64,000 nt of DNA, from positions 219,901 to 283,900 of the forward strand of contig NW_005434632.1 of assembly GCF_000315625.1 (NCBI RefSeq). Reading direction: 5' to 3'. This DNA comes from Guillardia theta CCMP2712 (taxonomy: Eukaryota; Protista; Cryptophyta). The notes under the pieces were generated by a model. It did not search any database. It was not told where the DNA came from and was given only the letters and a program-made list of their open reading frames with translations. Below are positions 48,476 to 62,302 of this stretch, one piece after another (within the stretch, counting starts at the first letter, position 1; each line of letters begins with the position of its first letter). The position numbers and the translations under genes were made by a program.

Positions 48476-49205
48476 ATGGTGTTCGAGCGTCTGAGGATGA
48501 CGGAGGAGCTCTATGGCGTAAGTCTAGAGATGAATGTGGAGGAGGATGTATGTGATGATTTGATAATGTGATAATGCTTGTATCAAGTAGAGAAGATTGT
48601 TGTGAGGCTTGTCAAGATGAAAAGGGTGATGTTGATGCAGAGTGGTGCTGTGTTCGACACGATGGACGTGTTGGACACAAATCACCTTTTGTTTGCATTT
48701 TACGGTCGTGGTTGAGAACTCTGATGGAATAATTTTGTAATAACATTAACAAAGTGTGCGATAAGAGGAGAGTTTGGTGCGATTTTTCTTTGCTCGACTT
48801 TCCGTTATTGTTTGCCACAATGTATCAGATCTTCTAGCACACCTTCGCTTGCTTGTCAGTGACTATGAAACTGGATGGTTCCCCATTCTTGTCTGCGTTG
48901 ACTGGATGGCATGTGTTGGTTCACACTGACTCTTCTTCCCTCCCTCCTCTCCTGCTCGTTCATGCTGCTGCCTCTTGTCCGGACAGAAACATGCGGTAAG
49001 TCCTCCGTTTCACTCACCATCACCCGCAGCATCTAACTCCATCCTACAGGCTGCTCTCTATGCACAAGCAGCAGACTTCAACAAGACTGCTCGCTTTTAC
49101 TACATGAAGGCTCAGGACGCCTACTACCTTGCCAACGCGCAGGCCTCATACGATGATTGGCGAAGAGCTCGCAGACAGTGGGACTATTTCTACCGCAGGA
49201 AGTGA
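48476..49205 (+). CDS. Small multi-exon hypothetical protein
   Basis: First exon MVFERLRMTEELYG|gtaagt; last exon AALYAQAADFNKTARFYYMKAQDAYYLANAQASYDDWRRARRQWDYFYRRK*; middle exons uncertain. Confidence 0.45.
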
Positions 49206-49448
49206 GCAGAGGTCTGATGCTCTTGTTACCCACATCAAGTTTTTTGCCTCGAAATGTGTCGTTTCAGATAATCTGAAGTGTATTGTGTTGTCATGGATGA
49301 ACATTGTTTGAAAGAATCCTCCTCCACAACGACCACCTCGTATCCTGCTTCTCCTCCTGCAACGAGTCCTTGCCCATGAAAAAATACCCTCCAATCTAAG
49401 AAGGCAGCTGAATTCATTCTACATCCTCCTTAGCAAGAGAAGCTCCTC

Positions 49449-52400
49449 CTACGGCATCTCCTGTGGACGAGCTGGTCCCTGCATAAGTCGCTGCACGAGG
49501 CGGATGAGGGCGAGGGTTGCGAGCAGGCTCACAAAGACATCAGACTCGCTGAGCAGGATACCTTCCCTTGTCCCGCTGGGAGCTTCTGAGAGGAGGAAGC
49601 TCTTCCAGTTTCCTCCCAACGTGGATGGTTCCAGCAGCGCCTCCTTCATCTTGTCGACCGAAAGGATGCTCTCCGCGATACCCCAGACCAGCCAAAAGGG
49701 CAGGAGTTTGGGGGAGGAGAGGTCCCACTGTCGAGCCTGTAGGACTTCGGCAGCGATCATGCGCGCCCTCGTTGCGTTCCTCTGCTCCCCTGACAGGCCT
49801 GCAAGGGTCGCCCATGCAAGGTTGAATGCCGCCTCCTCGTCTCCCCCCCGAGCTGCCTGCAGGTAGTAGTCCATGGCTTTCCCACGGTTGGCCCGAGTCC
49901 CCTGCCCGTACCACAGGTGATCTCCGATGATCCTCTTAGCCTCCATATTCCCATTGTTAGCTGCCATGGTCAGGAGCTCAAAGGACCTGCGTAGAGCTTC
50001 CTGCGGCTTCGCCTTGCAACTGACGATGCCTTCAGCGCACCGCTGGTACAGCCAGGCTGCGTTGCTCTGAGCTACTTCGTACCCCAGCTCAGCCGCTGCC
50101 TCGTAGGAAGCCAAGGAGGAGTCGATGTCTCCTCTCATGTAAGCCTGTAGGCCATCTCGCAGCAGCACCCCCCACTTCCCTCTCTCCGAAGCGTCCTTGA
50201 ACAGCAGCGTGCCTCGCAGGCAGGACGATACCGTTCCCTTCCCCTCGATGTGCATCATAGCCAGAGCCAGACGAGCGGCCTGGTGGTCCAGCGCTACTGC
50301 GTTAGTAATGTAAGCCAGCGCCAGCTCTTCGTTCCTCTCCACCCCCCGTCCGTCCTTGAGCAGCAAGCCAGCGTTGTAGAGCCCGTCGGCGTTCCCCGAC
50401 AGAGCCGACTGGTTAAAGTAGTGAAAGGCTTCGGTGAAGTTGTTGTCTGCCGACCCGTCGGTGAGCGACAGCGCGAGACCATTGAGTGCGGCCACATACC
50501 CTTGAGCGGCAGCCTTGCGGAACAGATTGAGCGACTCGTTCCTGTCCTTGGGCACGCCATGACCGTACGCGTACATTACCCCAAGGTTGTACTGAGCCTC
50601 CACGTTCCCGTCCCTTGCCGCTCGTTGGAGATACTCCAGGGCTCTTCCTCGATCTCTCGGCACTCCCCCTGCTCCCCAGTAGTATCGGTGGCCCAGCCAT
50701 GCCTGTGCCCGCGTGTCTCCAGCTTCCGCTAGGGTCTCCTGGTACTGAAAGATGTCGTCGTCCTCCCCCCCTTGCCCGGCGAAGGCATCGCCCTTCTCCA
50801 CCTCCTGGGACAGCCGGATGAACTCCACACTCGCTGCATCAGGAGACTCAAGGTCTCGCAGCGCGATCTCAGCAGCAGTGCGGTAGTATGCAGCTGCCAG
50901 CTGGCATGACTTAGTTGCTCCATCCAGGCCCATCAGGTGCAGGTGGCCCAAGGCAAGCAGCGCATGCTCCTTGCCCGCAAACAATTCGTTCATGTGAAAC
51001 CACATGGCAGCGTTGGTCCGGTTGCCCGGGGGCAGCTCGACGCCACGACGGGCGGCTGCTGGGTTTGAGCTGGCCGGGGAAAACGAAGTGAGCAAGTCAG
51101 TCTTGCGCAACAGCGTCGGCCGGTCGTTCCAGCGAGACATGAGATCAAGGATCGAAGGAACGTCGAGAGCCTGTCCGTAGTGCATGTCCGCGTGAGCGAT
51201 CACCCCGCTCGCAGCTGGGTGGAATTGTGGGCTGCCTCCAATGAAGAGGTTGGTCAAGGAGTCCTTGGGGTTGGCATAAAGGTTGGAGGGAGCCATGACG
51301 ACGGTCTGTACCTCTCCGTTGATGATGCAGTCCAGCCTTCTATGGATGGGGCCATGCCAGACCACAGCGATGTGGTTCCACTGCTCCAGGGGCAGGGGCT
51401 TCGAGGTGAAGCTGCCAACCATCTGATTCATCGCTATGGTATGAAGGCCGCAGAAGATCAGCCCCGGGGCCTGCGAGAAGCCCCAGAGGAGGTGGGGAGA
51501 GACCGTGAACATGGCCTCCTTGACAGTAAAGATGCTCCGCTCCCCGATCCCTCCCGGCGACATGTCATAGTCGTGGAGCCAAAGCCAGAAGGACATGGAG
51601 CAGGCCTGATTCAGGTTGAAGCAATGCCGAGATCTTATCCCGATGCGGTGCTGCAGCGCCAGGGCGTCTTCGATCAGCGTCTCTGTCCACGGGACCTCCG
51701 TTCCCCCCTCCGCCGATCCTCGGGGTTGCGTCGGGTCCACGAGATCTTGGTTTGAGTTCACCCGGCCTGACAAGTCTGCCTTGCAAGCGTGTGTGGACAG
51801 GAAGGTGATCTTGTAGTTGCACAAGCTGTCTTCTCGGATGCTCTCGATCCTGTCGCTCACTGCATTCTTCCCTGCAATGCACCTGCAAGGCAAAAAAACA
51901 GATCAACGAGGGAACGATTGCAGAGGCAGAAACAAATCACCGGAAGTGGACACGAGCCTCCCTTGGCTGCGCCCCATCGCCGCATGGAGTGCCTTGGACG
52001 TAGTGATGGACTTGTTCCTGCTCTGAACCCTCCAGTGAGCCCTCCGTAGGAAGCCAGACACCAAGCAGGCTTCCTTGCATCCTCAACTGCACTCCAGCCT
52101 CGTTGACAACTCTTCGGAACTGAGTGACGTTTCTGCCGTGGCAGAGCTCGTAAGTCCACCACCCATCGTCTTTCACAAAGCAACGATTGTAAAACATATC
52201 CATCAAGCTCCCAGAAGGAAACTTCATCTGCTCCTCCGTCAGCGTTGTTTCACTCTGCTGGAAGGACTCTTCTCTTGTTGCAGAGGGGTTCCTTGAGTCG
52301 TGCTCTACAGCGGGGGTATGCTCTTGCATTCCACTACCACTCTCCTCCCCCTTCTCCTGGTTCACCCCATTTAGCTCCTGTTCCGTTTCTCTCCTCATAG

Positions 52401-54331
52401 TCGCTTCTTCATTGACGTATTCCACAGCGTTCGCTTGCACCTGCTCTGTAGTTCCGCGAGATCCCTCCCTCCCTTCCACGGCCAGGCTTTCCCTCTGCTG
52501 ACTTGTCTCCTTCTGACCTTCTCTCATCTTAATCTCCTCAGCAGCAGCCGTTTGCACATCTGCCGCCGCTGCATCTTTCAATACCTCTGTCTCCTTCGCC
52601 ATCTCCATCTGCGATTCGGCCAGCAAGCCCTGAGCTCTTTCCTCCTCCTTCTCACCGTCCCTTTGCGCTTCCCTCTGCTCTCGTCCTTCTGTCGCGCTTT
52701 GACTCACACCTGACGGAGCGGGCGATGAAGGATCAACAAGAGACTCTCCTATCGCGTCTGTCGTGCCGACTGGAGGCTGGTGTTGCGCCTGACCAGACGG
52801 ATCTGACGGGGCTGAGCTGGTCACAACTTGCTCTTTAGCTTTCTGTTTCGCTTCTTCGATCAATCGATTGTTGATCTTGACCTGATCCTTCCATTGAGTG
52901 GTAATCTTGTTGCATATCATACGAATCTTTTTCCTCAACACACTTCCTCCCTGCCTCGGTATCAAGTTGTGCATTCGCTCAATTTCATTTGAGAGAATAT
53001 CGATGTAAGGATTGACATCAAAGGTTTCCAAAAATCCAGGATTGTCATTTTTCATATCTATCAGAAATTCTTCGAGAAAGTTCTCAATGGCATCTTGCCT
53101 CCAGTGAAAGTACTTTGGCAGACCACTGTTCTGTTCTTCCTCCTCTTCTTCCTCCTCTTTCTTGACCTGTGCGGCCTCCTTGTCCTTGTCCTCCTTTTCG
53201 TCCTTGCCTTCCTCTTTGCCTTCCTCCTTTGCTCTCTCCCCCATGACCTTCATGTCCTCCTTCTGCATACTGTTCCCCTCCTCCTCGGTCTTGGGATTTG
53301 TGACATCTTGCACTGCATCACTTGCTTTCACCGACGAGTCTTTCAGAGCCTCGTGCTGCACAACTTGATCAGAGGACCTTGAGCCATCGGGCGGAGTTGC
53401 TGCTGACAAGCCTTCAAACTGACTCGCTTGCCTTCTGTCTTGAGGAGATTGAGACTGCTCAGAAGGCTCCCCACCATTCTCCCTGGGAGTTCGAGGTGCA
53501 TCTAGCAAGTCCCTTTCTGAACCAGCAGCATCGATGGATGTAGTATCTGCAGGAGTGACTGGATCGTGGGCATTCAGAGCAGGATGCTGAAAAGGCTCCT
53601 CCGGCTGGGAGCTCTCTGGAGTGTTTCGGCCCGCAGAGCTGTCAGGTTCATCGGAGGACTTTCCCTGGCGAGTCTCGCGCAGCTCCTGCATTCTTCTGTG
53701 CAAGATTTGATTCAGATAATTCCAAGCAGGAAGGTGGCTATATGATCCATCAGCAGGCCACATGGTCGGCCAGTCGGGTGGCCAGAAGGAGCTCATGGGC
53801 TCCCTCGAATGTTCGTTTCCACGATTCAGGATCTGTCAGAAACGTTCAGCTCGTGTCGCCCTGTAAAAATTCTCATCGTCCAACCTGATATGGCGTTTTA
53901 TCTGCCAGATGGTCAACAAACTCCTGAGCAGATTGCAAATCCGCGACTTTCGTCTCTTTCAGCTCTTCAGAGAACCAGATAATTGTCCAATCTTGTTTGA
54001 AGTTTTGTGGGTCATGCGCTTTGTCAAAATTTTGCCTTGCACCATGTGGGCTGCCCAGGTTTGAATCTGCTCATAACGATGATGAGTTACAACGCGAAGC
54101 AAAGGAGTGTCGTGAAAGGCAGGTTAAGAGAACGGAATTACCTTCTTGGTGATTGACTTGGCATATAACAGGATGAAGAGGCATTGCGAAGCTGAACATG
54201 AGAAAAACAAGGGAGGCGGCACGAAAAGTAAAAATGCGTTGCTGCCGCTTCTGAGATCTTTTAGCACAAAAATTCCTTGAACAGAGGTGCGAGAAACATG
54301 AAACATTTGGTACGAAGGAAGGTTGGAACAT
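49449..54331 (-). CDS. SEL1L/Hrd3-like type I membrane protein with MRH (OS-9/PRKCSH) and LamG/ConA-like domains
   Basis: Hydrophobic leader AASLVFLMFSFAMPLHPVIC. MRH: CFVKDDGWWTYELCHGRNVTQF..YVQGTPC..REARVHFR|C..IRE..CNY..HAC. LamG: CSMSFWLW..LPLEQWNHIAVVW..LFIGG. Many Sel1 repeats (AQYNLGVMYAYGHGVPKD; AAELGYEVAQSNAAWL). C-terminal TM. Confidence 0.9.
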
Positions 54332-56352
54332 GGAGAATATACATGATAGGGGCAACAACTTATGCTGCATACTGTGACGTCCGATGCGAGATTCACATCC
54401 ACGTGGTGGAGAGCAACATCGGATCGATGAGTTCGTCCTGTCGGATGGCATGGCCAAGCTTTCGGATCGACTGCTCTGGTAACCCACGCTGGGAGGAAAC
54501 GAACCGAGGCTACAATGGCGCGTAGGGGTGAGATAGTGAGCGCTGGAAGCCGAGTATGCGCATGAAGCATTCTGTACAAGTTCTGAGTGCGAAAAGTCTC
54601 CTTCCTCCATCAGTCCTCGTCCTTCTCCTCCTTCTCCCTCTCGCTCTCCTCTACTTCCTCCCGTACAGCCCATGTGAACTGATTTTTCCACCATCTGAGC
54701 TGGCCGGCACTACCCCACCCTACTGAAGCTGACCCCTACCCCCTACAAACACAGAGGACCATGATTTTCACTACCCCTACCCATTCTTAATTTTCATGAC
54801 CCCACACGCATAACAAAAGTTGGTATAAAAGTACCCATTGAAAGTCAAATGGACCCAGTTAAATCCGTCACCACCCTAAGAAAGACCACGACCACATCAT
54901 CAGAACTACCCCCTACCCCCAATAATGATTCCTTCCATGGCACTCTATCACCCTTCTGTCTTCCCGACCACCCGTCATCTGAGCCTTATGTCCAAGTACC
55001 CACCCTGTCGATGACCCCCAATTCTCCCTCTAATCACCCCTATATACAAGGACCACTCCCTTCACCTGCACATACCCAGATCCGAGTGGGGGTACGGTAC
55101 CGATCAGTCACGTTCAGTCTGATCGCCCGGCCGGGGCCGGGGCCCTCAGTCGGAATGGCAGCGGCCGCTGAGCCGAGCCGGGCCCCGGCGGGGGGGACTG
55201 TGTTCAAGTACATACACTGAGTCTCTTCTTTGGGCAGCCCTCTTCGTCAAAGCAGATCTTGCCGCGCGTTCGCGCTGACGCCGAAGACTGTCACCAGGAA
55301 CGGGCCCGTCCCGCACATCCTTCTGAGAGCTTCAAGCTTGTCCCCCGTCTGCCAGGATCACCTCAGGGACCCTCACGCTGAGAGAACAGACTGCAGTGCC
55401 CCTGAGGACTGCGAGGGCCTTGTCAGCACAACGCAGATGGTCTCAGGCCTCTCAGTACATGACGTATCCGGCGATGATCGTCGATGGTGGCAGCTTTCAC
55501 GCTCAACTTGACCGCGGGGCTAGTCAGCGCTTGGAGCAGCGCCATGAAGGCAAGTGTGGGAAAGAACACCGGAATGATTGTGCGGCTGGAATGGGAGGAG
55601 GCGCATGGTGAGAGGGAGCGAGCAGTGAGGTCGGTCAGATGCAGGAGACGGAGGCAAAAAGCCTTCCTCCTCCTCCTCCTCCTCCTCCTCCTCCTCTGGA
55701 GTCAATCATCGATTCACTGCTGAGAGAACGAGGATCCGATGATCCCTTGTGACAGCCAGAAAGCGGACGAGGAACGTGTAACAGCTCAGGCTGATCACTT
55801 ATAGACGCTGGCTGGAGGGAGAAGGGAGGATGTAATCCGATCGGACCCGACTGGCCACTGAGCTGGGAAGCAAGGATTGCTGCAAGCTGTGGCAGCTGTG
55901 CTGGCGTGTAAAGGTTGATGGTGCGGAGGACGGTGATGGGGATGAGATAGAATTCTTCCCCTCCCTTCTTCCCAATGGTAAATATACCATCCACAAACCA
56001 CTGAGTTGGCAGTAAGGAGCTGTGGGGGAATTGAAGGGTGCTCAATGTTTTGGTTGGGAGGAGGAAAAGAAGAAGCAGGAGGAGAAGCAGGAGGAGAAGT
56101 AACGAGGAGGAGGAGCGAGGAGGAGGAGCGAGGAGGAGGAGCGAGGAGGAGAGGAGGAAGGGAGAGGGCGGGTAGACGAAGGCAAGCGTTGACTCTGTGA
56201 AACCTTGATCGCGTCGTGGAACAGCAGGCAGGTTTCAAGAGTTGTACATCTTCGATCAAACAGCAACGCAGGCAACCTTGCAAGTGGGGAAGAGGAGAGC
56301 GTTTCGCAGCGCCAGCGGAACCAGGACGGTAGTGACGGCGAGCCGACAGGAC

Positions 56353-59300
56353 TTACATAACCTTGACATCAGCGTCGACCTCTCCGATGTGCGTGAAGTC
56401 ATCCTGAAGAAGAGAGAGGGGAGGGAGGGGAGGAAAGACGACGGGAAGAGAGTGGAGAAGAGAAGAGAAGAGAACAGAACAGAAGGAGAGGAGAAGAACA
56501 AGTCAGCGAGGGTGGGAAGCAGACAGCAACGCGTACAGGAACGATCCAGAAGACATGGTCGGAGTAGCTGCCGGCCAGTGCGATTCTACCGGCGAACTTG
56601 GCGATGATCCCTGGGTGAGGGAGTCAGGAGCAGGCCCGCCCCAGGAGGGCCTAGGAGGTTCACCGGTTGCTGCTCCTCCCAGCAGGCCCGTGAGGAGGCT
56701 GAAGCCGGTGACTAGCGCCTGTGAGACGTCGGTTGAGTCATGGGAAGAGAGGAGGGAGGGAGGGAGGGAGGGAGGGAGGGAGGGAGGGAGGGAGGGAGGG
56801 AGGGAGGGAGGGAGGGAGGGGAGGGGGAGGGAAGGGGGAGGAAAGGATGGTTGTAATGATGACGCAGGTGGAGTCAAGCTCGGACCTGCTTTGTGGAGGT
56901 GACAGTCTGTCTGAGTCGAAGGCTTCGAGGTGTTATGCTTCAATTCTCACTGCCCTTTCATCCATTCAACTATCTTCATCGTCATGCTCATTGACATTTC
57001 CATGATCACTATGATTTCCTGATCATATCCTCCTCCTCCTCCTCCTCCTCCTCCTCCTCCTCCTCCTCCTCCTCCTCTCCTCTCCTCCTCCTCCTCCTCC
57101 TCCTCCTCCTCCTACCTCCTCCTTCCCTCCTCCTCCTTCCTCCTCCCTCTCCTCCTCTCCTCCTCTCCTCCTCCTCCTCCTCTCCTCCTCCTCTCCTCCT
57201 CCTCCTCCTCCTCTCCTCCTCTCCTCATCTCCTCCTCTCCTGCTCTCCTCCTCCCCCTCCCTCTCCTTTCCCCACCCCTCCTGATCGCATGCTCGGCCTC
57301 CCTCACTCGTTTCTCTCGACACCATTCCAGCACAGCACGTGAAGGTATCCGGAATGTATCCGGGAACTCACGGATATTCACGGATACGGATAGAGTGTTT
57401 GTCACGGATGCTAGGAAAACAGGGGTAGGGGGGTATTGAGTTAGACCAGTAAGCCTTTGAAGGAGGGGTAGTATACATAGTAAAACTTGCTGGTAAGGAG
57501 NNNNNNNNNNNNNNNNNNNNNNNNNNNNNNNNNNNNNNNNNNNNNNNNNNNNNNNNNNNNNNNNNNNNNNNNNNNNNNNNNNNNNNNNNNNNNNNNNNNN
57601 GGGGGGGAGGGAAAAGAAGGGAGGTGGAGGTGATGAGGGAGGGAGCGAGCGAAAGATGGAGAAGAGAATGGGAAAAGAGGGGAGAGGAGAAAGGAAAGGG
57701 GAGGGGAACCTGCGTTGCGCTGGACGTCCACTGCTCCCCATAGTGGGGCATGATGTCACGGAGCATGTGAGAATTGTTGAGGGTGACCCAAGAGTTGTCT
57801 ATCCCGACGATGCAGACTGAGGCGAGAGATCAGAGGCAGGAGGAGGAGGAGGAGGAGGAGGGGGAGGAGGAGGAGAAGAAGAAGAAGAAGGGATGAAAGA
57901 GGAACTCACCGACTTCCATCACGATGGCTCCCCATAGGCCAGGGAACAAGTGCAAGCTCGTGACTCCCTGTCGGGATGTCAGGATGTGCTAGGAAGCAGC
58001 AGGCAGAGTCTTTGCCTGCGTGTCCTGGTCCTCGATCAACGGCTGGATGAAGCGGAACGATAGGGTGGCTATCAGGGTCCCTCCTGTTGCAGGCGTTACA
58101 TGCAACAGCCTCGGGGTCACGGGGGGCACCTGCTCCTACGATCATCATGAGAAGGGGAGGGATGAACATGCAGGCGGGGGTAGACGCCGCAACTCCCGCA
58201 GCCAGCACTCCGTCTTGAAGATGCATGACCGACGGGCCCTGAGGGAGACGATTGAGCTGCATGGTAGCGAGGAGAGGAGGGGAGGAAAACCTCGGGGTAG
58301 ATGAAGTTGGCCCATATGAAGGAGAAGAAACATCCGGCAATGAGGGCCATGAACGTGTTGGTAGCCACGTACATCCTTCCCATCCTCTCAGTCCATGTTT
58401 GTGGGACGTGACAACGTGATTCACCTCAGCTCAGCAGGGGCCCAGAAGCAGTTGAACGACGGGTAGCTGCCATGGTCGGCTGTTAGCGACCAACGAGAGC
58501 GCGAGGGTCGAGCTCACGTTACAAACATGAAGAGAGAGCCTAGGATAGCGTAGTTGTTGCTCTGATACCTTCAAGCGCGCGCGTCATTGGATTCTTTACC
58601 CTGCTGTGGGAATTCAAGTCACCTTGGCGCGTTATCAGGATTCTCGTGCGGCCTGTGGCCTGAGACAAGCACAGAGCATCCTGCAGGTGAATCAGGAACG
58701 GACACGCAAGAAAGACCCTCAGGTACCTAGTCCGAAGGCAGCTCCGAAGATATGAGTAGTGTACAAACTGAATGCACAAGCGCGCTCAGATGCTAGAAAC
58801 CAGGCGGTTCGTTGCCTTCACCTTCCAGTTCCATCGACTCCGCCGCGGTAATCGACGCATAGGAACTACCATGAGACGTTACAGATGTTGCGGGCAAAGG
58901 TAAGTGACGATGAAAACCTTGTTGCCGCAGTAGGCGGCAGAGTTCATGATAACGATGATCATCATTTGCAGGGGATTCACCTACATGGAATATTAGCAAA
59001 GATGACAAAAAGAACGGCAGAGCCCTTTACCTTTCCAAGGAGAGCGCCATATGAGATGAGGACTGCGACGACTCCATACTGCGCTTTGATGAAGTCTGAA
59101 ATCTCCAAAGCGATCTGTACGGCAAAGTTGTTTCAACCATGAGGAGCTTTCGAGTCTCATGTACTGACCTTGTCCGAGAAAGAATTGCACGTGCAAGCCA
59201 GTGCCCGCAGGTTGTTTTCGAACCTGACAGGAAGTCATGAGTGTGTGGGAGGAGGAATTCGCTCTCTTCTTACTGAGAAATGTCTGGATTATCACCATAC

Positions 59301-60024
59301 GGACAACCAACCTGCTTGAATGTTTGCTGTACAGCAGACCAAAGTCAACTCCAAGAAGTGAGCCAGGGTGAGTCGTCAACCTGGAGGTAAGAGCAATGTG
59401 CGAGGGGTATCCACTGCAGCAACAACCCGCACCATTCCTGGTGGAAAGTGAGGAGTAAGAAGATTTGAACTCAGACTTCACCTGAGCCAGGCAACCCATG
59501 AGGAACGACATTCCCAGCGAAGTATATGCGTATCTGGCAACAGGTCAAGGCATCTTAAACTTTCTCTGCAGTTGAGATGAATCACTTGCGCAAGTATGTC
59601 ATTGTAAGACACATCCCCATGTATGAGTACATGTTCAGATCGAACATGAAAGAAAGATCGGGCTAAAAAAGTGACTTCAGTGAACGTGGGAATGTCCGTC
59701 CGAGCTGACCTGTCCATATTGATATTCTTGAGGCGCTGGAGTAGGTTCCCTTAGTGAAGCTTCCCTGAGAGGAGCAATGAGGAAGAAGGAGGCAGAGTAG
59801 AATGGAAGAAGCGCTACAAGTCCAATTGCTTTTGACGCGCCGTGTCAAGTTTCTGTTGATCGCCATAGCCGTCGTGGAAGGTCAAGATAGAGTAAGCAAC
59901 GATGAGAAGAATCTAAAACACGAGGCGTCAGGCAAACAGGAGCCATGGCGACTGCGAAGAGTGCTTCGAGGAGAACCTGTACGGTTGCAAGGGTAACGAT
60001 GAACGCGTTGATCCTTATAGCCAT
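56353..60024 (-). CDS. Rhesus (Rh)-type ammonium/CO2 transporter, many exons, one intron spans the gap
   Basis: Spliced motifs MTYLRK|YAYTSLGMSFL; VAVLISYGALLGK|VNPLQMM; DGTGSLYTTHIFGAAFGLG; YPSFN; HLQDGVLAAGVA; DTQGVTSLHLFPGLWG; YSDHVFWIVP. Both pore His retained. The 3' end may extend further. Confidence 0.88.
57028..57240. repeat. (CCT)n polypyrimidine tract in an Rh intron
   Basis: Visible. Confidence 0.9.
57501..57600. other. Assembly gap (100 N)
   Basis: N run. Confidence 1.
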
Positions 60025-60549
60025 GGTTGATTACACTTTGTGTTGATTGCTGTGTTAATCCATCCGAACAATCAATCTGCTTGCACACCGCTTAGAAGGC
60101 TGTTGCCAGTCTTTCAGCTACACTAGAACCAAGTCATGCCCTCTCTCCTCTACCGCACACATCATCCTACTTGATCTCATCATCGTGCACAACAGCCACT
60201 GAAACGCACTGCGCTGCTCCATGTAGACTGCTCGTCACCATCAACGCATTCCATCACTCTTCCCCTCTTCTCTGCATCTCTCCTTCCCTGTTCTCAACTG
60301 TGGCTCCTCCTCTGCCCCGTCTCAGTGCCGCCCTCCCGTCGCCCTCCCGCCCATCCCCCATCGCGGCGAAGAGACGGCTATTGCCATGGAGCGGTGGGAG
60401 AACAGATTTGTCGACACTCTCATAAAAAACAATGTTCTGGTACGCTCGTTTGACTTTTTTTTAGATTTGTACCGTGTGCCCTTGCCTCTGTTCGCCCGGG
60501 ACTGTGGGTGTGGTCCTTCAACATCAAAATTAAATGAGGTTTGCAGGAA

Positions 60550-61290
60550 CTCCGGCTCCCGGGCGGCGGCACCCAAGTTCAACTTGGCAACTGGCCGGCT
60601 GTACTAGTACTGGGCCGTTAAGGCTCGAGTCCGACTGACTGAGTCGAGCCGCAGCTGCCACCAGTGAGCGGCCTCGGAGCCCGGCCTGTTGCCCACGGCC
60701 CGTTCACCTGAGTGTGGCACTCACTGCGGCAGCCCGGCGGCCGGGCCGCCCGGCCGGCCCGGGGCCGGGCCCGGCCGGCTGCTTGCAAGATCATACTACT
60801 AGGCTATGATCCGAGTATCAATGCGAGGATGACAATCAGCCTTACAGGCTAGTAGCCCTCAATCATTCTACTAGCAGACCGCTCTGAAAGGATGCAGGCC
60901 GATGATACTGGGCCCGTGACCGTACCGTCAGCCGGCACTGTCAGCCTCCGGCGGCCCGGCGGCCGGCCCTCAGGGCCTACTAGGCTGGTTGAACTGAAGT
61001 TGAATCAGCTTCGGCGCTTAAAAATCCTGAGCCTCGGAGTGCGCGCACCGGTGCCGCTCAGCGCCTGCCCCCCGGGCCCGCCGGTCGCGCGCCGGAGCAG
61101 AGAGTCACCGAGTCACTGGCCGGACCCGGGCCCGGCGGGGTGCCAGCCGCTGAGCCGCATCATGCGGCTCCGGCGAGTGGATGCCTCTGGCCCCGACCGT
61201 ACAGTGACAGGCCCGGCGCCGGCGGCCGCTGGCCCGCCAGCGGCCGCCCCGGCTTTCCGAAGGCGGCACGGTCCGATCAGTGTTGTATGA
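60550..61290. other. GC/palindrome-rich intergenic island
   Basis: Same word spectrum as 9060-9455 and 22590-23330. Confidence 0.6.
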
Positions 61291-61549
61291 GTGGTACTAA
61301 TTTTTACTTAATCATTGAATTTTCACGGATGCGGCGACGGTGGTCCTACTTGAAGTTGCCCAGCTAGGGCCTGTGGTCCTAGCATAATAGTACACTAGTA
61401 TCATGCGGCCTCGTTTCGTAACCCCCTCCTTGGAAGTTAACTTCTCTTGGGGGACCTGTGGTCCTATCTGCTCCCATAGCTCCCTAGGACTAAGTTGAGC
61501 AGGACGAGGGGATTTACAAACAGATTGATCGGGGAGCCTCTCCGCGAGC

Positions 61550-62302
61550 ATGTCCACCGTCCTGGCCCTCCCTCGCATCCCCATCCTCCTTCTCCTTGTC
61601 CTCCTCCTCCTCTCTACATGCAATGCTGCAAGCAAATGCTACCTCGCTACCCAGGATATCACCCCAGGTGAGCATTGCCAGCTGCCTTGGTCGTCCTCGT
61701 GACATGAGTATGCGATCAGCGAGCTGCGCGAAGATGACGGTGACCTTTGGGAGCTGCGAATCACAGGCAACCGCCGACACTACTGTCAAGGCATTATCTT
61801 CGGCAACCATCGCAGCAAACACTACTGCCTGCTTGGCCATGATAGACTCGAGCTGTGGATTCCTGGTAAGACACATGTCGCAGAAGTGCGATGACGAATG
61901 GCCTTGAATGGTTGTTGACAGACAAGGAAAGCCACGACTTGCGACCCTTATTGCACTCTGTCAATTGCCAACAACATCGCAGTAGGCTGCAGGACTGACG
62001 CGCAGTGCACGTCAACTACCTCAACATTCAAGGCCCCTCTGTGCTGCAGCTACAGGAAGAAATTGTATGGCGAGATGTGCGTGGACGCCAACGGCATGCT
62101 AGACACAATGATCGCTAATTCGAAGACAAGCGGTGAATGCAGCGATGCGGCAGGCTGCATCGACTCTCTCAGCGTGGCGAGCACCACGAGCACCACCAGC
62201 CCGACTAAGAGCGCAAGCCCTTCAGCATACAGCTTCGCATCCCTGCCCCTGGTTCTCTTGGTTGCAGCTGTGGGTGTGGTGAAGAGCAGCACTGGCATGT
62301 AG
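61550..62302 (+). CDS. Small Cys-rich secreted protein, probably GPI-anchored
   Basis: Signal MSTVLALPRIPILLLLVLLLLSTCNA; Cys-rich exons; Ser/Thr stalk; hydrophobic end SLPLVLLVAAVGVV. Confidence 0.75.

Noticed and set aside
55200-56280. Possible extra minus-strand gene or Rh 3' extension
   Set aside because: Exon-like pieces exist but phase and product could not be established
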